Shown here: positions 30,823 to 50,229 of the stretch, in pieces | Position numbering within the stretch: position 1 is the first letter of the stretch | Layout of the letters: each line of letters opens with the position of its first letter | Assembly (NCBI RefSeq): GCF_009914755.1 | Contig: NC_060937.1 | Strand: one strand, 5' to 3' | DNA length: 64,000 nucleotides | Origin: the human T2T-CHM13v2.0 reference genome, Homo sapiens | Notes under the pieces: model-generated | The model's database searches: none | What the model was told of the DNA's origin: nothing | Seen by the model: the letters and a program-made list of their open reading frames with translations, nothing else | Position numbers and translations under genes: made by a program

Positions 30823-31417
30823 GATACAGTGAATTCCTCTTCAAAGATTTTAGCCTGTAAACATCCTTTAAAATTCAAGAGGGGGGAAGATTAAGTACAA
30901 TGAGTTCTGAGTTCCTCATCAAAGAACAAATATGTCAGTATGTTCAGCTTCTCCGTTCTTTGTTCTCCGTTTTAAAGTTTAACTTCCTCATTCGTTATGC
31001 CTCCTTGCCCCTAGTTTCATTAAACAACCCCCTTCTAGCCTCTAACACCTGCTTTGTCTTTAGTCATTCTTAGTAACCTGCTCTGTCCTTAGTCATCCTT
31101 AGACACCTGCTCTGTAACTGTCTTTCCCGCTGAAACTACTCACCCTGCCACTCCAGCTCATACCCCTGCCCTCTTTGAAATAGCCAATCTGAATTGGCTT
31201 AGAGTGTGCAGTCCAACCCTATCCAATAGGGAAAAGACACAACAGTAGGGACTAGCTGCATTAGAAATAAGAACACTTTCCCCTCCCTTGTCCGGTGTGA
31301 TCTTGCCTTTGCTCCATCTGCAAGACCACTCTTCCATAGAAGTAAATTTGCCTTGCTGTAAAAACTTGTTGCTGGAGTGCTGACGGTTCTTTGTGGCACC
31401 GAAAATTATTTTCCACA
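30820..31417 (+). mobile_element. 5' LTR (LTR10A-like)
   Basis: taggatacagtgaattcctcttcaaag...ttccaca; AGTAAA polyA-like signal at 31341; homologous to 38915-39521. Confidence 0.85.
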
Positions 31418-32055
31418 AATTTGAGGGCCCACCCAACATTCCCATTCTCCTCTGGGGGAGGGTCCAGTCCTCTCCCTTGAGGAGGTGCACCCCGCTGCCT
31501 CGTTGCAGTGGCCATAAAGGTAAGGAATCAAGACACAACTGGTGCGATTAATAAACCCGGGCTCTCAGCAACGTGGAAAGAAACAGGCCAGCAACTCTGG
31601 GGAAAGGATCTTCACATACCGTGGCGACCAGGTAACTGTGCACAGACCGAGGTAAGAAATGTCGCAGGGGTGACAAAGTATTTCCTTGGTGGTCGGGATA
31701 TTCTGGAGGTTGAAAGTGTGTGTAAATGATCACAAGCACTACTGCTTGTGGTGCTGTTTGTGTGGATGATACTAAGCATTATTGCTGTGAGGAGTGAGTG
31801 GGTCCTATCTGCGGTTTTTTATTTGAATAAAAAACCTTTGAAGAGGAATTCACTGTATCCTCATAGGGCTCAGGGCAGATCTTGCTGTAGGGTTTATACC
31901 ATGATGTCAATGCTAAGAGGGACCTAAAATTCCTGGGAGGGAAGCAGCCAGAGTGGATGAAGTGAAAGAAGGGTGTGAGGAGCCTCCAGCAGGTGGGGAT
32001 AAAGGATAGGGAAGAAATCTCTAGCATGCGGGATTGAGCCTAACCAGGACCTAAC

Positions 32056-34117
<2,062 letters not shown>

Positions 34118-36992
34118 TGGTGTCAGGGGTTCTGTCTCTTTTATCTGGAGTCCCACCAGGAGCCCTTGATAAGTCTAGAAGTGGGACCTAAGCATGAGTT
34201 TATAACCTTTTTAGTCAGTTCAGGAGTGGCTCGATCCTCTGTTTGTTTCCCCCCCATCTAATATTGCCTGCTCTTCAGAGGAACTTTTGGTTTGTGGGGT
34301 AAAGGGAGAAGGATTTAAAGCAAAAATTTTAGAAAACACAGAAGTCAGATACCAGGCTCAATCAGCTCATATTCAGTTTTTGTTAATCCCTAAAGCAGGG
34401 ACTAATTTACTAGGCAGGGATTTAATGTTGAAGTTAGGCATAGGCCTGCAACTCAGCCCAAGAGGATTCCTCACCTCATTAAAGCTACTCACCACTGCAG
34501 ATGAAAAATATATTAATTCTAATGTCTGATCCAAAGAAGGAAACTGAGGGAAACTCTGAGTCCCTCCAAGCACATCAAGGTAAAAAACCCCAGGGAAGTA
34601 GTAAGGAGGAAACAATACCCCATTCCCCTAGAGGGCAGGATACGGTTGAAACCTATAATTGAAGGTCTTATTAAAGATGGGCTTCTTGGGCCCTCTATGT
34701 CCCCTTATAACAACCCAGTATTGCCAGCCAAGAAATTAGATGGGTCATATCGGCTGGTACAGCACCTTAGGGCTATTAACCAAATAGTCCAAACTACCCA
34801 TCCAATTGTCCTCGATCCTTACACCATTCTCAGCAAGATTCCATATAATAATCAATGGTTTACTGTAATAGATTTGAAGGATGCTTTTTGGGTATGTCTC
34901 CTGGCTGAAGATAGGCCAGATATATTTGCTTTTGAATGGGAGGATCCCCATTCAGGGTAGAAACAACAATATCGATGGATAGTCTTACCCCAAGGGTTCA
35001 CAAACTCCCCTAACCTTTTCAGTCAAATTTTAGAACAAGTATTAGAAAAAGTTATCATCCCAAACAAATATGCCTGCTCCAATACGTTGATGATATTCTT
35101 ATATCTGGTGAAGATATAGAGAAGGTAGCTGGCTTCTCTACACATATTCTCAACCATCTGCAGTTCGAGGGGTTATGAGTCTCAAAGGGAAAGCTTCAGT
35201 ATGTAGAACCTGAAATTAAATATTTAGACCACTTTTAAGTGCAGAGAAGTGAAGAATAGGGCCTGAACGAGTTGAGGGAATCGTGTCCCTACCCTTGCCT
35301 CAAACTTAAACAAGAACTCAGGAAATTTTTAGGGTTATTTGGATACTGCTGCTTATGGATTAACTCACATGCACTAAACAGTAAAATTCTATATCCAAAA
35401 CTTGCCCCGGGGAAGACTGACCATTTCCTGTGGACTTCTGAGGAAGTCCATCAGGTTGAAGAGCTGAAAAAAGGCTTATAACAGCCCCTGTCTTAGCCTT
35501 ACCTTCCCTAGAAAAGCCATTCCACCTTTTTGTCAACGTGGATAATGGGGTAGCTTTAGGAGTGCTCACTTAAGAACACGGAGGCCATCGGCAGACCATG
35601 GTGGCCTTCCTGTCAAAAGTCTTAGATCCAGTTACTTGTGAGTGGCCTCAATACATCCAATCCATTGTGGCTACAGCACTAATGGTCAAAGAAAGCAGGA
35701 AGTTAACCTTTGGAGGAAAATTGACAGTAATAACGCCCCATCAAGTTAGAACTATCTTAAACCAGAAAGCAGGGAGGTGGCTTACTGACTCAAGAATCTT
35801 AAAGTATGAGACTATTCTGTTAGAAAAAGATGATTTAACATTAACCACTGATAATTCCCTTAACCCAGCAGTTTTCCTAATAGGGGATCCAAATCTAAAG
35901 AGATAGCACACATGTTTACATTTAACTGATTACCATACAAAGGTCTGACCAGACCTAGAAGAAACTCCCTTCAGGATGGGATGACACTTATTTATAGATG
36001 GTTGCTCCCAGGGGATTGAGGCAAAAAGATGCAATGGGTATTCAGTAATTGATAGGGAAACTCTTGAAGAAATTGACGTAGGAAAATTGCCTAAGAATTG
36101 GTCTGCCCAAACTTGTGGGCTGTTTGCACTCAGCTGAGCCTTAAAGTACTTGCAGAACCAGGAAGTAGTCATCTATACCAATTCTAAGTATGCCTTTGGA
36201 GTGGCTCATACATTGGGAAAAATTTAGACTGAACGAGGTCTCATTAATAGTAAACATCAAGATCTTGTTCATAAGGATCTAATCACCTAAGTATTGAATA
36301 ACCTTCAGTTGCCAGAGGAAATAGTGATTGTCCATGTCCCCAGACACCAGAAAAGTCTTTCTTTTGACAGTCCAGGAAATAGCCTAGCAGATTACATAGG
36401 GAAACAGGCTGCCATTTCTTTTAAAACATCTATTTTTCACTGAACTCTTTACCTTCCTCCTCCTACCATAATCTCCATTTTCTCTTCCACTGAAAAGAGA
36501 AACTAATAAAAATAGGTGCTAAAGAGAATTCAGAATAAAAATGAATATTGTCAGACCAGAGGGAAATGTTGTTCAAACCCTTTATGAGGGAAAACTTGTC
36601 CCAACTGCATCAAGGGACCCACTGGGGGTCCCAAGCCATGTGTGACACAGTTCTGAAAGTTTTTGGGTGTATAGGAATTTATACTCTGACCAAACAGGTT
36701 ACAGACATTTGCTTAGTATGTAAGAAAACTAATAAACAAACTATAAAAAGATTACCCCTTGGGAGAAGGAGTCCAGACTTAAAGTATCCTGATTGATTAC
36801 ACAGAGATGCCTCCAATAGGTCGTCTGAAATATTTACTAGTGACAGTAGATCACCTTACTCACTGGGTCAAAGCTATTCCCTTTTCAAATGTGATGGCGA
36901 ATGATGTAGTTAAGGCCTTAATTGAAAATATAGTGCCCAGGTTTAGGCTAATAGAAAACATTGACTCAGACAATGGAACCCATTTTGCCTGA
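34118..36992 (+). pseudogene. ERV pro-pol remnant (protease, RT, RNase H, truncated integrase)
   Basis: NLLGRD, FTVIDLKDAF, LPQGF, YVDD (~35083), HQGTHWG...CLVC, IDSDNGTHF; fragmented by stops and frameshifts. Confidence 0.9.
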
Positions 36993-38897
36993 AACTATCA
37001 CATTTGATCCTTGCCTTGTTATACCTTTGGAGACTTGTCAAGTTGAAGACAGCTCTCAACTTCAGAAAAGTACCTCTGTACTTCCTGGCTCTCCTCAGAC
37101 TGGACATTAGGGAATTTGGATCATTTAGTCTGCGAAAGTTTCAATGAAGACCCCAGTGTCAACTGGGAGTCTTGCCCCCTTGACACAGAGCTTTTATGAT
37201 GTAGTTGGTCCAACTACGTGCAAGTGAGAGCAAGGATGGACTGCCCCAACAAGTAGTTGTAATTCCTAAAATCATACATTCATTTTACTAAAGATATAGC
37301 TCCCCCTAACTTTCAGGTAAACTAGTGCAACCCAATACAGGTTATTATTTCAAACCCTCAAAGTTCTTCCCCTTCTCTAAGCCAATTCCCTTCTTTAAGC
37401 TGGTTTTATGATATGGGGGCTGAGTTTTCAGAAACGGACCCTATTGGATCTTTTGGAATATGCTTCATTGCTCCCCTACTGCCTACAGCTTCCCCTAAGT
37501 CTTCTTCCAAAAACTCTCACAATGAAACTGTTGTTCCTCCTCCATCTAATGAGAAGACCAAGGTAGCTATTGTAGAAGTTAAAGACCTAAAACAAACTTT
37601 GGCAACTGAGGCAGGATATCAAGATGTGAATGCCTGGTTGGAATGCATCAAATACTCCGTTCGCACTTTAAACAAAAGCAACTGTTACGCTTGTGCACAC
37701 AGCACACCAGAGGCCCAGATTGTCCCCTTTCCACTAGGATGGTCCTTCAGTTGACCAGGCATGGTCTGTATGGTAGCTCTTTTCCAGGGTTCCACAGCCT
37801 GGGGTAACAAGTCATGTCAATCTCTCTCTCTGCTATATCCCAAAGTTCAACACCCTGCAGGTCAGCCTCCAAGGGCCATCCAGCTTCCGTCTCCCGACAC
37901 TAAGTTCACTTCATGTCTCTCACAACAAGGAGGAAACTTAGCATTGTTTGGAGGCCTAAAAGGATGCAGTAAGCTTAAGACTTTCCAAGAGCTTACCAAT
38001 CAGTCATCGCTTATACACCCCTGAGCAGATGTATGGTGGTATTGTGGTGGACCTTTACTGGACACTCTGCCAAGTAACTGGAGCAGCCCTCGTGCTCTAG
38101 TCCTGTTGGCTATACTTTTCACTCTGGCATTTCATCAACCAGAAAAAGGGAAAACACAACATTTTAAAGCAAGGGAAGTCCCTTACGGGTCTTTTGACTC
38201 CCACATTTATTTAGATGCTATTGGAATCCCATGAGGAGTACCAGATACATTTAAGCCTAAGATCAAATAGCTACAGGATTTGAATCAATATTTTGGTGGG
38301 TGACAATAAAAATGTAGATTTGATGAATTACATCTATAATAATCAACAGTGGTTTATTAATTCCACCAGAGATGTTGTCAAAGGAATAGCAGAACAATTG
38401 AGGCCAACTAGCCAGATGACCTGGGAAAACAGAATGGCCCTGGATATGATATTAGCTGAAAAAGGTGGTGTTTGTGTTATCATTAAAACTCAGTGATACA
38501 CCTTTATCCATTGGGGGCAAACAACACTGCCCCCAATGGGAGCATAACAAGGGCCCTACAAGGATTTACCACTTTATCCAATGAATTAGCTAAAAATTCT
38601 GGGGTCAATAACCCTTTCTCCAGATGGCTAGAAAGGTGTTTCAGTAAATGGGAAGAAATCACAGCCTCAATTCTTACTTCTCTTACAGAAGTAACGGCTG
38701 TACTCATTCTTGTTGGGTGTTGTGTCATACCATGCATCCATGGGCTAGTGCAAAGGCTTATAGAAACAACACTTTCTAAAACCTCCCTTAGCTGTCCTCC
38801 ACCTCATTCAGATAGGCTTTTCTTTTTAGAGGATCAAGTTGAAAAAAAAAAAAAAAGCCAAGACATGTTAAAAAGGTTTGAAGAGGAAGGGCTATAA
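36993..38897 (+). pseudogene. ERV env remnant
   Basis: CYAC motif, immunosuppressive-domain motif WENRMALDMILAEKGGVC, transmembrane segment ILTSLTEVTAVLILVGCC. Confidence 0.85.
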
Positions 38898-38914
38898 AAA
38901 TTGAAAGAGGGAAT

Positions 38915-39521
38915 TGTAGAATACAGTGAATTCCTCTTCAAAGGTTTTAGCCTGTTAATGTCCTTTAAAATTCAAGAGAGGGAAGATTGTTAAGTACAGT
39001 GAGTTCTGAGTTCCTCTTCAAAGAACAAATATGTCAATATGTTCAGCTTCTCTATTCTTTGTTCTCCATTTTAAAGTTTAACTTCCTCATTATTTATGCA
39101 TCCTTGCCCCTAGTTTCAGTAAACGACCCCCTCCTAGTCCCTACCACCTACTCTATCCTTAGTCATTCTTAGTCACCTGTTCTCTCCTTAGTCATCCTTA
39201 GTCGCCCGCTCTGTAACCATCCTTCCTGCAGAAACTACCCACCCCGCCACTCTGGCTTGCACCCCTGTCCTCTTTGAAGTAGCCAGTCAAAATTAGCTTA
39301 GAGTGTGCCGTCCAACCCTAGCCAACAGGGGAGAGACACAAAAGTAGGGAGTAGCTGCATTAGGAATAAGAACCCTTTCCCCTCTCTTATCCAGTGTGCT
39401 CTTGCCATTGCTCCATCCGCAAGACTCACCCTTCTATAGAAGTAAATTTGCCTTGCTGGAGTGTTAACTTGTTGCTGGAGTGCTAACTCTTCTTTGTGTC
39501 ACCAAAAAGTTATTTCCAACA
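38915..39521 (+). mobile_element. 3' LTR (LTR10A-like)
   Basis: tgtagaatacagtgaattcc...tttccaaca, preceded by a purine tract. Confidence 0.87.
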
Positions 39522-39831
39522 TGAAGGTGCACCCTTGGTGGAGGGAACATCTGACGAAGTTCAATGTTTGGGGAAAGCAATATCTGGAAAGATTGAACAG
39601 TCAGCAGGAGAAACACCTAGGAAAATTACAAGGCCTGTGAAAGAAACATCTGAGAAATTTGCCTGGCCACAAGAAAGACCTTCAAAGACCACACGGGAGG
39701 AAAAAGAAACATCTGTAAAGACTGAATGAGTGGCAGGAGTAACATTTAATAAAATTGAAGTTTTGGAAGAAGGAACATCTAAGATGATCACATGTCCTAC
39801 AAAAAAACAGCTACAAAAGCAAGTACAAATG
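39522..39831 (+). pseudogene. ANKRD30-like exon 7, 3' remainder after the provirus
   Basis: EGAPLVEGTSDEVQCLGKAISGKIEQS...KETSVKTE* (TGA 39727), a later 1-nt deletion, donor G|gtaaga at 39832. Confidence 0.88.
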
Positions 39832-40591
39832 GTAAGATGCTTGAGTGAACTTTGTAGAGTTTATTGGCACTCTGGGTTGCCTAATGGAAATAGTGTGGTA
39901 TGGGAGTAGTCAGGAATGGCTTGAATGTCTAGATAACGCAAGCTTAGGCAACACATTTTAATAGTGTAGAAATGAGTAGATCTTATTCTGTAGGCCCTGG
40001 AAAAATTCCCAAAATAGTTCTGGCTGTAAATAATAGATGAACTAACTAACAATTGCTAAAACCATAGAAACCAAGGTTGTTTTGGTGGTACAGGGATGTT
40101 ATAGGATCTCACTCACCCCCCCATTATTAGTTGTGCTATTGGCAGTGTTTTGTTCATGTCTCCTTTCTTGGTTGGCTAATTAGCAACAGCTCCAATCATC
40201 ATGCTATCTCAAGACAATATCTGAAGGCTGGGAGGGCTGCTTTTGTTCACATTTTTTTTTTAATGGAAGAAAACTTGGAAGCTTTCAGTAATCTTCCTGT
40301 AACATTTTATTGGCTGGATTATACCACATGCTTATTTCTATACCAATCACTAGGAAAGCAAATGTAATTACTGTGATTAGCTTACAATAATGATTTTTCT
40401 TTTAAGATGGGATGGGGGTAATGGAATAATAAATATCTAAATGAGCATGTGTTTCTGCAGCAATAAAGAATAAATAATGACTATGCATAGGAAGCCAGCA
40501 ATGTTTTCTGCAGGAATTCAGTGGAAAAGTTTGAGCAGGGGAGTCACAAGATTAGATTTGAGTATCAGGGCATTCTGGTCATGGTATAAAG

Positions 40592-40805
40592 CAGAGATTG
40601 GCAAAGTTTTCCTGTAAAGTGCCAGATAGCGAATATGTTGGGCCATGTGGTCTCTATTACAGCTATTCAACTCTGCCATTGTAGAGTGAAAGGAGTCATA
40701 GATAATGTATGGGCAAAGAGGCATGATTGTACTCCAATAAAAGTTTGTATAAAAAACCATTTAGAAAGCTGAATTTGGCCTGTGGCCTATAGTTTTTGGC
40801 CCTTC
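40592..40805. mobile_element. MER58A-like hAT fossil
   Basis: cagagattggcaaagttttcctgtaaag...ggcctatagttt matches the recalled MER58A consensus. Confidence 0.75.
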
Positions 40806-41959
40806 ATATAGTAGATAGATGGAGGATAATCACGTAAAAAGATTGAAAGATTAAGCTTTTGTAGTAGTTCATATGATAGTCTTTTTTTTTTTTTTTTGTA
40901 AACAATCTGTGGCCTAGTATCAATCTATTATGAAAGTTTGACCCATCAAGGGTAAAATGAATAAAGTTCAGAAGCTCAATTTACACATTTAAACATGTAG
41001 GTCCTTCTTTGGCATTATTTTATTTTGATTAATTTTTTTAACTTAAAAAATAAGAACAGTAATTTGTAGGGTTTCTTTTTCCCTGTGAAAGCCATCAGTT
41101 AAGGGGCCACGTTTAACAAGGAAATATAAATATAAAATAAATAAGTTTGTATTTCCAGTGGCACTGGAAAGATAAAGCAAAGGCAGAAAAGAGGCGCAGT
41201 TAATATGGTTTAGTGATAATTGAGTTTAAAAAGCTAGGGGACAGATAAAATCTCAGGTCATTCATAAGTTTTCAGATTGTGCACGAGCATTTACAATGCT
41301 CATGGGGAAGGAGTAGGAATTTGTCAGGTTAACAGGGAAGTGCAAACAGTCATGGGACAGACCAACAGTTTTCTTTACATATTGAGTTCAATGAAACATT
41401 TGTGAGGGATACTTTCAGTAGGTAATTGGATTATACGCATTTCTAGCTGGAGATAGAACTCTGGTTGAAGATGCAGGCTTAGAATACCTTTATTATAATT
41501 ATTAGGCAAAGCCATAGATCTCAATGAGCTTATCCATGAGGCAGAAGATGTAGAATAAAAAGAAAGCCATTGACAAAACCCTGGGAATATCAACATTTCA
41601 CAAGAGTCAAAGGACTTGGTAAAGGAGACTGAGCAGTGGTTAAACAAATGTAGGAGAGGAGTCTGAGAAAGTGATGTTGCAAATTTCTTTTAAATGTGAG
41701 AATTTCAAGCAGTAAAATTACTCAAAAGGCTACTGGATTTAACTTACAAGTTCTTCAGTGGTAATCTGTTCAAAAGAATTATTTTAGTTGTTAGGTATAC
41801 TGTTGATGTGGTTGATAATTCTGGTATCCAAGAAGAAATCTCCCAAGATCCTACCTAACTTTTTGTAACTAAAGCGGCATACATACACAGGTAGTGGGAA
41901 AATGTCTAGACTGGTGAGTACACATGCCAACATTTTTCCAGAATTTTCTGCCTCCTTAT

Positions 41960-43700
41960 TATACCACTTGGGAATTTGTCTATTTCTTTTGCAGTTCTAT
42001 CAATTTTTGTATCATGTATTTTGAAGCATTTATGTTATTATATACATAAATATTTAGGACTGTTATGTTTTCTTGATTAATTGAACCATTTGTCACTATG
42101 AAATGACCTTGTTTATTGCTGGTAATATTTTTGCTATGAAATGTACTTTGGTATTAATACAACCACTCTTCCTCAGCCTTCTTTTGTAGTGTTAGTGTGA
42201 TATATCTCGTTTCATCTTTTAACCAATTTTTGTCTTTATATTTAAAGTTTATTTCTTATACTCATTATACAGATAAGACTTGCTCTTTTATCCATTCTGA
42301 TAATCTGCCTTTGAGCAGAGGTTTTTAGACCAGTTTAATTTATAATGTAATTATTGATATGATTAGAGTTGTCTGTCATCACACTGTTTGATTTCTATTA
42401 GTCTCAGATCTTCTTTGCTTTGCTTTTTTCCTTTTTCTGCTTCCTTCAGACTAGTTTAGTAATTTTTATGATTTAGTTACATATCTGTATATGCATAACT
42501 TTTTTAGTTATTAATCTAGTTTTACATTTCTTTACAATTTAGTCATATCTTTTTTGGTATAAGTTTATTTGGTATTAGGTATAACTCTTTGCTGTCTTAG
42601 TAGTTGCTTTAGGATTTATAATGTATGAATTTACCTCATCACAATCCACCTTCAAGTAATATTATATCATATCATAGATGGTATAAGAAATTACAATCAT
42701 ATTTTCATTTCCTTTCTATCAACCAGATCCCAGCCTAGATCTGTGGGATAATGGCTTTCATTAAGTTTAGAACATATTTAGCCAATTTTTCCTCAAATTT
42801 TTGATTCTGCCTCTCCTCCTACCTCTTTGGGGACTTATATACTACCTGCTGGAAGTTTGCTCATCATTCACTAGTGTCTCAAATTTGTGAATCTTTTCTT
42901 TCATGATGGCGAATTAATCTATGCTCATATCTACTCAGTGTAGCTTTCATCTCCAGCATTGTAATTTGTATCTCTAAAAGTGCAATTTGGTTTTTAAAAG
43001 TATCTTCTATTGCTTTATTTATCTTCTTGATTTTTATAGTAGAATAGAGTTGAGTTACTTATAAACAGCTTGATCCTTTTCATTTTTCTTTTTATGGTGT
43101 GAGCTAACTCCCCATACCTGAGACAAGGCCTTTCTGAGTATTCATTTTCCTGTGAAGTCTGAGTTTTCCCAGGCAAATCTATAAAAACAGACACTCTTCT
43201 TGGCACTGTATGAGTACCAGGTGTGATTTCCTCTAATTTTATAAGCCAACCCCCACCCCCATCCGGTTTGTTCTTAGGTAGTTTTCTATCTCACATGCAA
43301 TTTTCAAAATTTTGCTAAATACTGACAGGGGGTTTCTTGCCGTTGCTTCTGTATCTCTCTCTCCTCCTCAGTGTTTGTTCGGTAATATCTGCCTGCTTTG
43401 GTTTTACTAGACTCTAAGCTTCATCAGTGTAACCAAGAGAGTCTGGTAGATCCCACCTCAGTTTTTTCTTCCTGTGTCATGTCTCGGAATCTCTGCCAAG
43501 ACAGGAAGCTGAAACATTCAGAAGGTTTGCTTTCTTTCGTTTTTTTATTTTCTGTTTTTCAGGGATTATTATCCTCTTTGCCTAATGTCCAGTATCTGAA
43601 AAATTGTTTAATGTATTTTGTGTGTTTTGTTTTTAGTTATTTTAGCTAAGAAGAAAAATCATACCTGTTGCTCTCCCTTGGCTAGAGGAAGACTACACTA
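41960..43700 (-). mobile_element. Old L1M fragments
   Basis: T-rich degenerate L1 antisense sequence. Confidence 0.5.
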
Positions 43701-44106
43701 GAGTTTCAGCACATGCCACAGACTGGCTAAAATGCTTTCCTTCCCTGTTTGCTCAACTGCTTCCTTTTCATTCTTCATTCCTCAGTGTAGCTATACATCC
43801 CTCGGGGGAATTTTCCATGAGCCTAGTATAGATCTAAATCTTAGCAATCTGTTTTCTTACAGTATTTATCTGAATTTATAACTGTCACTTTTCTGGGGCT
43901 TTGTCTTTTAGCACATTTTAAGTTAAACAAATGCAGAGGTTTTTGTTTTTTTCTGTTTAATCTGCAGAGCTTAGTATAATGCCTTCCACGTGGCAGGCAA
44001 TCAATATATATTTGATCAGTGTATGAATTAATGATTGTTAAAATATGCAGTTCTCTATATCCCAAAAGTACTAATATATTTTATTTCTATCTCCTCCTTG
44101 AGACAG

Positions 44107-44629
<523 letters not shown>

Positions 44630-45782
44630 GTATGACATACTAGTATATAGGATACTTTTTGTACTAGCTGACATACCTTCTGAGGTTTAACTGGAGAAAG
44701 AAATCTCTGTCTTGTAGAGTGTCAAATTCATTTAAATAATACAATTTCTTAACTGTGAATACATCTCCTGATAATTAAATGCATATTTATTTAAATCACA
44801 ATTTTAATGGCTGCATAGAAGGCCATTATTTGGAAACCCCATTATTACTTAACAAATTAATTTTTTTATTTTTAATTTTTTGTGTTATAATAAGTGCTGC
44901 AAGGCATAACTGCATGTAAATCTTTTTCTATCTTTCTAATTATTGACTTGGAATAAATTCTTCACTATAAAAATATTTGGTTAAATTATAGGTTGCTCTA
45001 CCCCCAATAATCATTTTCCTTTAATTATACACTTGTAATCTTAATATGCATGGAGTATAAAGAAAAATATAGGTAATTTATGACTAGTATATTCAACATC
45101 TCTCTCTCTCCTACATAAATAAAATTAATTCAGAGTTATACTTATTATTTTTATATTTTAATTAAATATATTCTGTGTTATTCTAAAAGAGATTTAAAAT
45201 TTGTTGATAAAATGTATAATAATCAACAAGATACATTTAAAGTATTACTAAAAAAAGAAACAAAACATATATGGGATAACAGATATTAGATTTTTCAGCC
45301 TAGTCTCAGATTTTAATATAATTATTTTTAAGGATACTTGCCTTATTTTATAAAGATGAATATTTATGTCTAATGAATATGTAAACTTGTTTATAAAAAG
45401 TAACGTCATTTTAATTAGTTAACTCTAAATGATCTGTCCTTGTTGAGGAGTAATTTTGACTGTTATATTTTTAAAATAATAATTTTCAACTTATAATTTT
45501 ACTGGATAACTTCCAGTATTCTTTTCCATAACTGTTGTTGAAGTTACTAGTAACAGAATCTTTCTAACTAGAAGAGGTTCTTTCTCATTATTTTTCAAGT
45601 ATGTGCATCATTTGGAAGAGAGTTCAGTAATAAATTAAATACCTCAGAACTAGAAAGAAAAAACATATTCAAGAATATAGAAATTTTACTGGAATAATAA
45701 ACCAATATACGAAGAAGTAGATCTCAAAGTGAATTCTATTTTCTAACAAAATGAATTTTAAGATAAGTATATTTAATGGCAG

Positions 45783-45965
45783 ATTGACTTTAAACCAAGA
45801 AGAAGAGAAGAGAAGAAATGCCAATATATTAAATGAAAAAATTAGGGAAGAATTAGGAAAAATCGAAGAGCAACAAAAGAAAAAGTTAGAAGTGAAGCAA
45901 CTTGAACTCACTCTCCGAATATACAAAATATGGAATTGAAGACCGTAAGAAGTAATTTGAATCAG
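45783..45965 (+). pseudogene. ANKRD30-like coiled-coil exon, last recognisable
   Basis: cag|LTLNQEEEKRRNANILNEKIREELGKIEEQQKKKLEVKQLELTLRI, then a frameshift; ends AATCAG|ctcaat (dead donor). Confidence 0.85.
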
Positions 45966-46059
45966 CTCAATCAATCGCTGGTAAAAATTTTATATTTCTA
46001 ACTTTATTTCATCAATATTACTTTTAATATCCCTTCGATTTAGTATGTATTATTCAGAA

Positions 46060-47500
<1,441 letters not shown>

Positions 47501-48539
47501 ATAAATTTTATGGCATTTTAATTAATTTAAGTGTAAAAAACTAAAAGCAGCTGGTGGCTATCATACTGGACCTCACAGTTCTAACACCATCAGTATCAAC
47601 CCCTGGACAGATATAATCATTCCTAAGCTGCCTTTACATTTATTATTATTCTATTTATGGTAACCTGTAATCTATTCTCCCACAAAGCTGGACTATTCCT
47701 GTAAGAACATATCTTATACCATTTCATTCCCAGCTCTGAATCCTCCAGTGGTTACCTATCACAATTAACAAAGAAATCCAAGCTCTTTACTATGGTCTGT
47801 GTTTATCTGCTTCTCAGACTGTGCATTCTCCTTTCCTCCTCCCAGTGCCTGCAGCCTGACTGGACTTTGTAGTGATCTTTGAGCTCATCAAGTGCTGTCT
47901 GTATTCAGACTCTGCACAGTGTCTCTTCTCTCTGCCCTCTAGACATTCGCTTAACTTACTCTGTCGTACCATTCTGACCTGCTCAAGTGTCATCTTCTCA
48001 AAAAGATTGTTCCAGAGCTCCCTATCTAAAGTAGCAGTCGCTGACACCATGAATGTGATTACCCTACCTTATTTTCTTTGTATTATTATAGTTTCTATTT
48101 AGACAGGGCCACAATCTGTCACCAAGGCTGGGGTGCAGTGGCACAATCATGGATCACTGCAGCCTCAAACTCGGGCTCAAGCAGACCTCCTGTCTCAGCC
48201 TCCCAAGTAGCTGGGACCACAGGTGAGCACCACCACACTTGGCTAATGTATTTCTTCATAGCACTTAGTACATCCATCACTTTAGTGTGCAACTGTTTAC
48301 GCATTTATGTTCTATCTCTGTCACTGTACTGCAAGCTCCATAAAGACAGACCTTCTCTCTCCAGTTCCCATAATACTACCCAGCATAAAATAGGCTGTAA
48401 GTAAACATTTATTGAGTACATAAAAGAAGAATCTTATTCATGTCAAGGCTGTAATCTATGTTAGACTCAAAAAGATAGTCTCCTGACTAAATGGAAGTGT
48501 TTCTTTATTGAAGCATGCCTTTAAAAAAAGTGTTGCACA

Positions 48540-50200
<1,661 letters not shown>

Positions 50201-50229
50201 TTAAAACAGATATAAATATTGTATACATT

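Noticed and set aside
31050-31110. LTR10 AP-1 enhancer repeat
   Set aside because: Only a few TTAGTCA variants rather than canonical TGAGTCA arrays; no support for enhancer activity from sequence alone.
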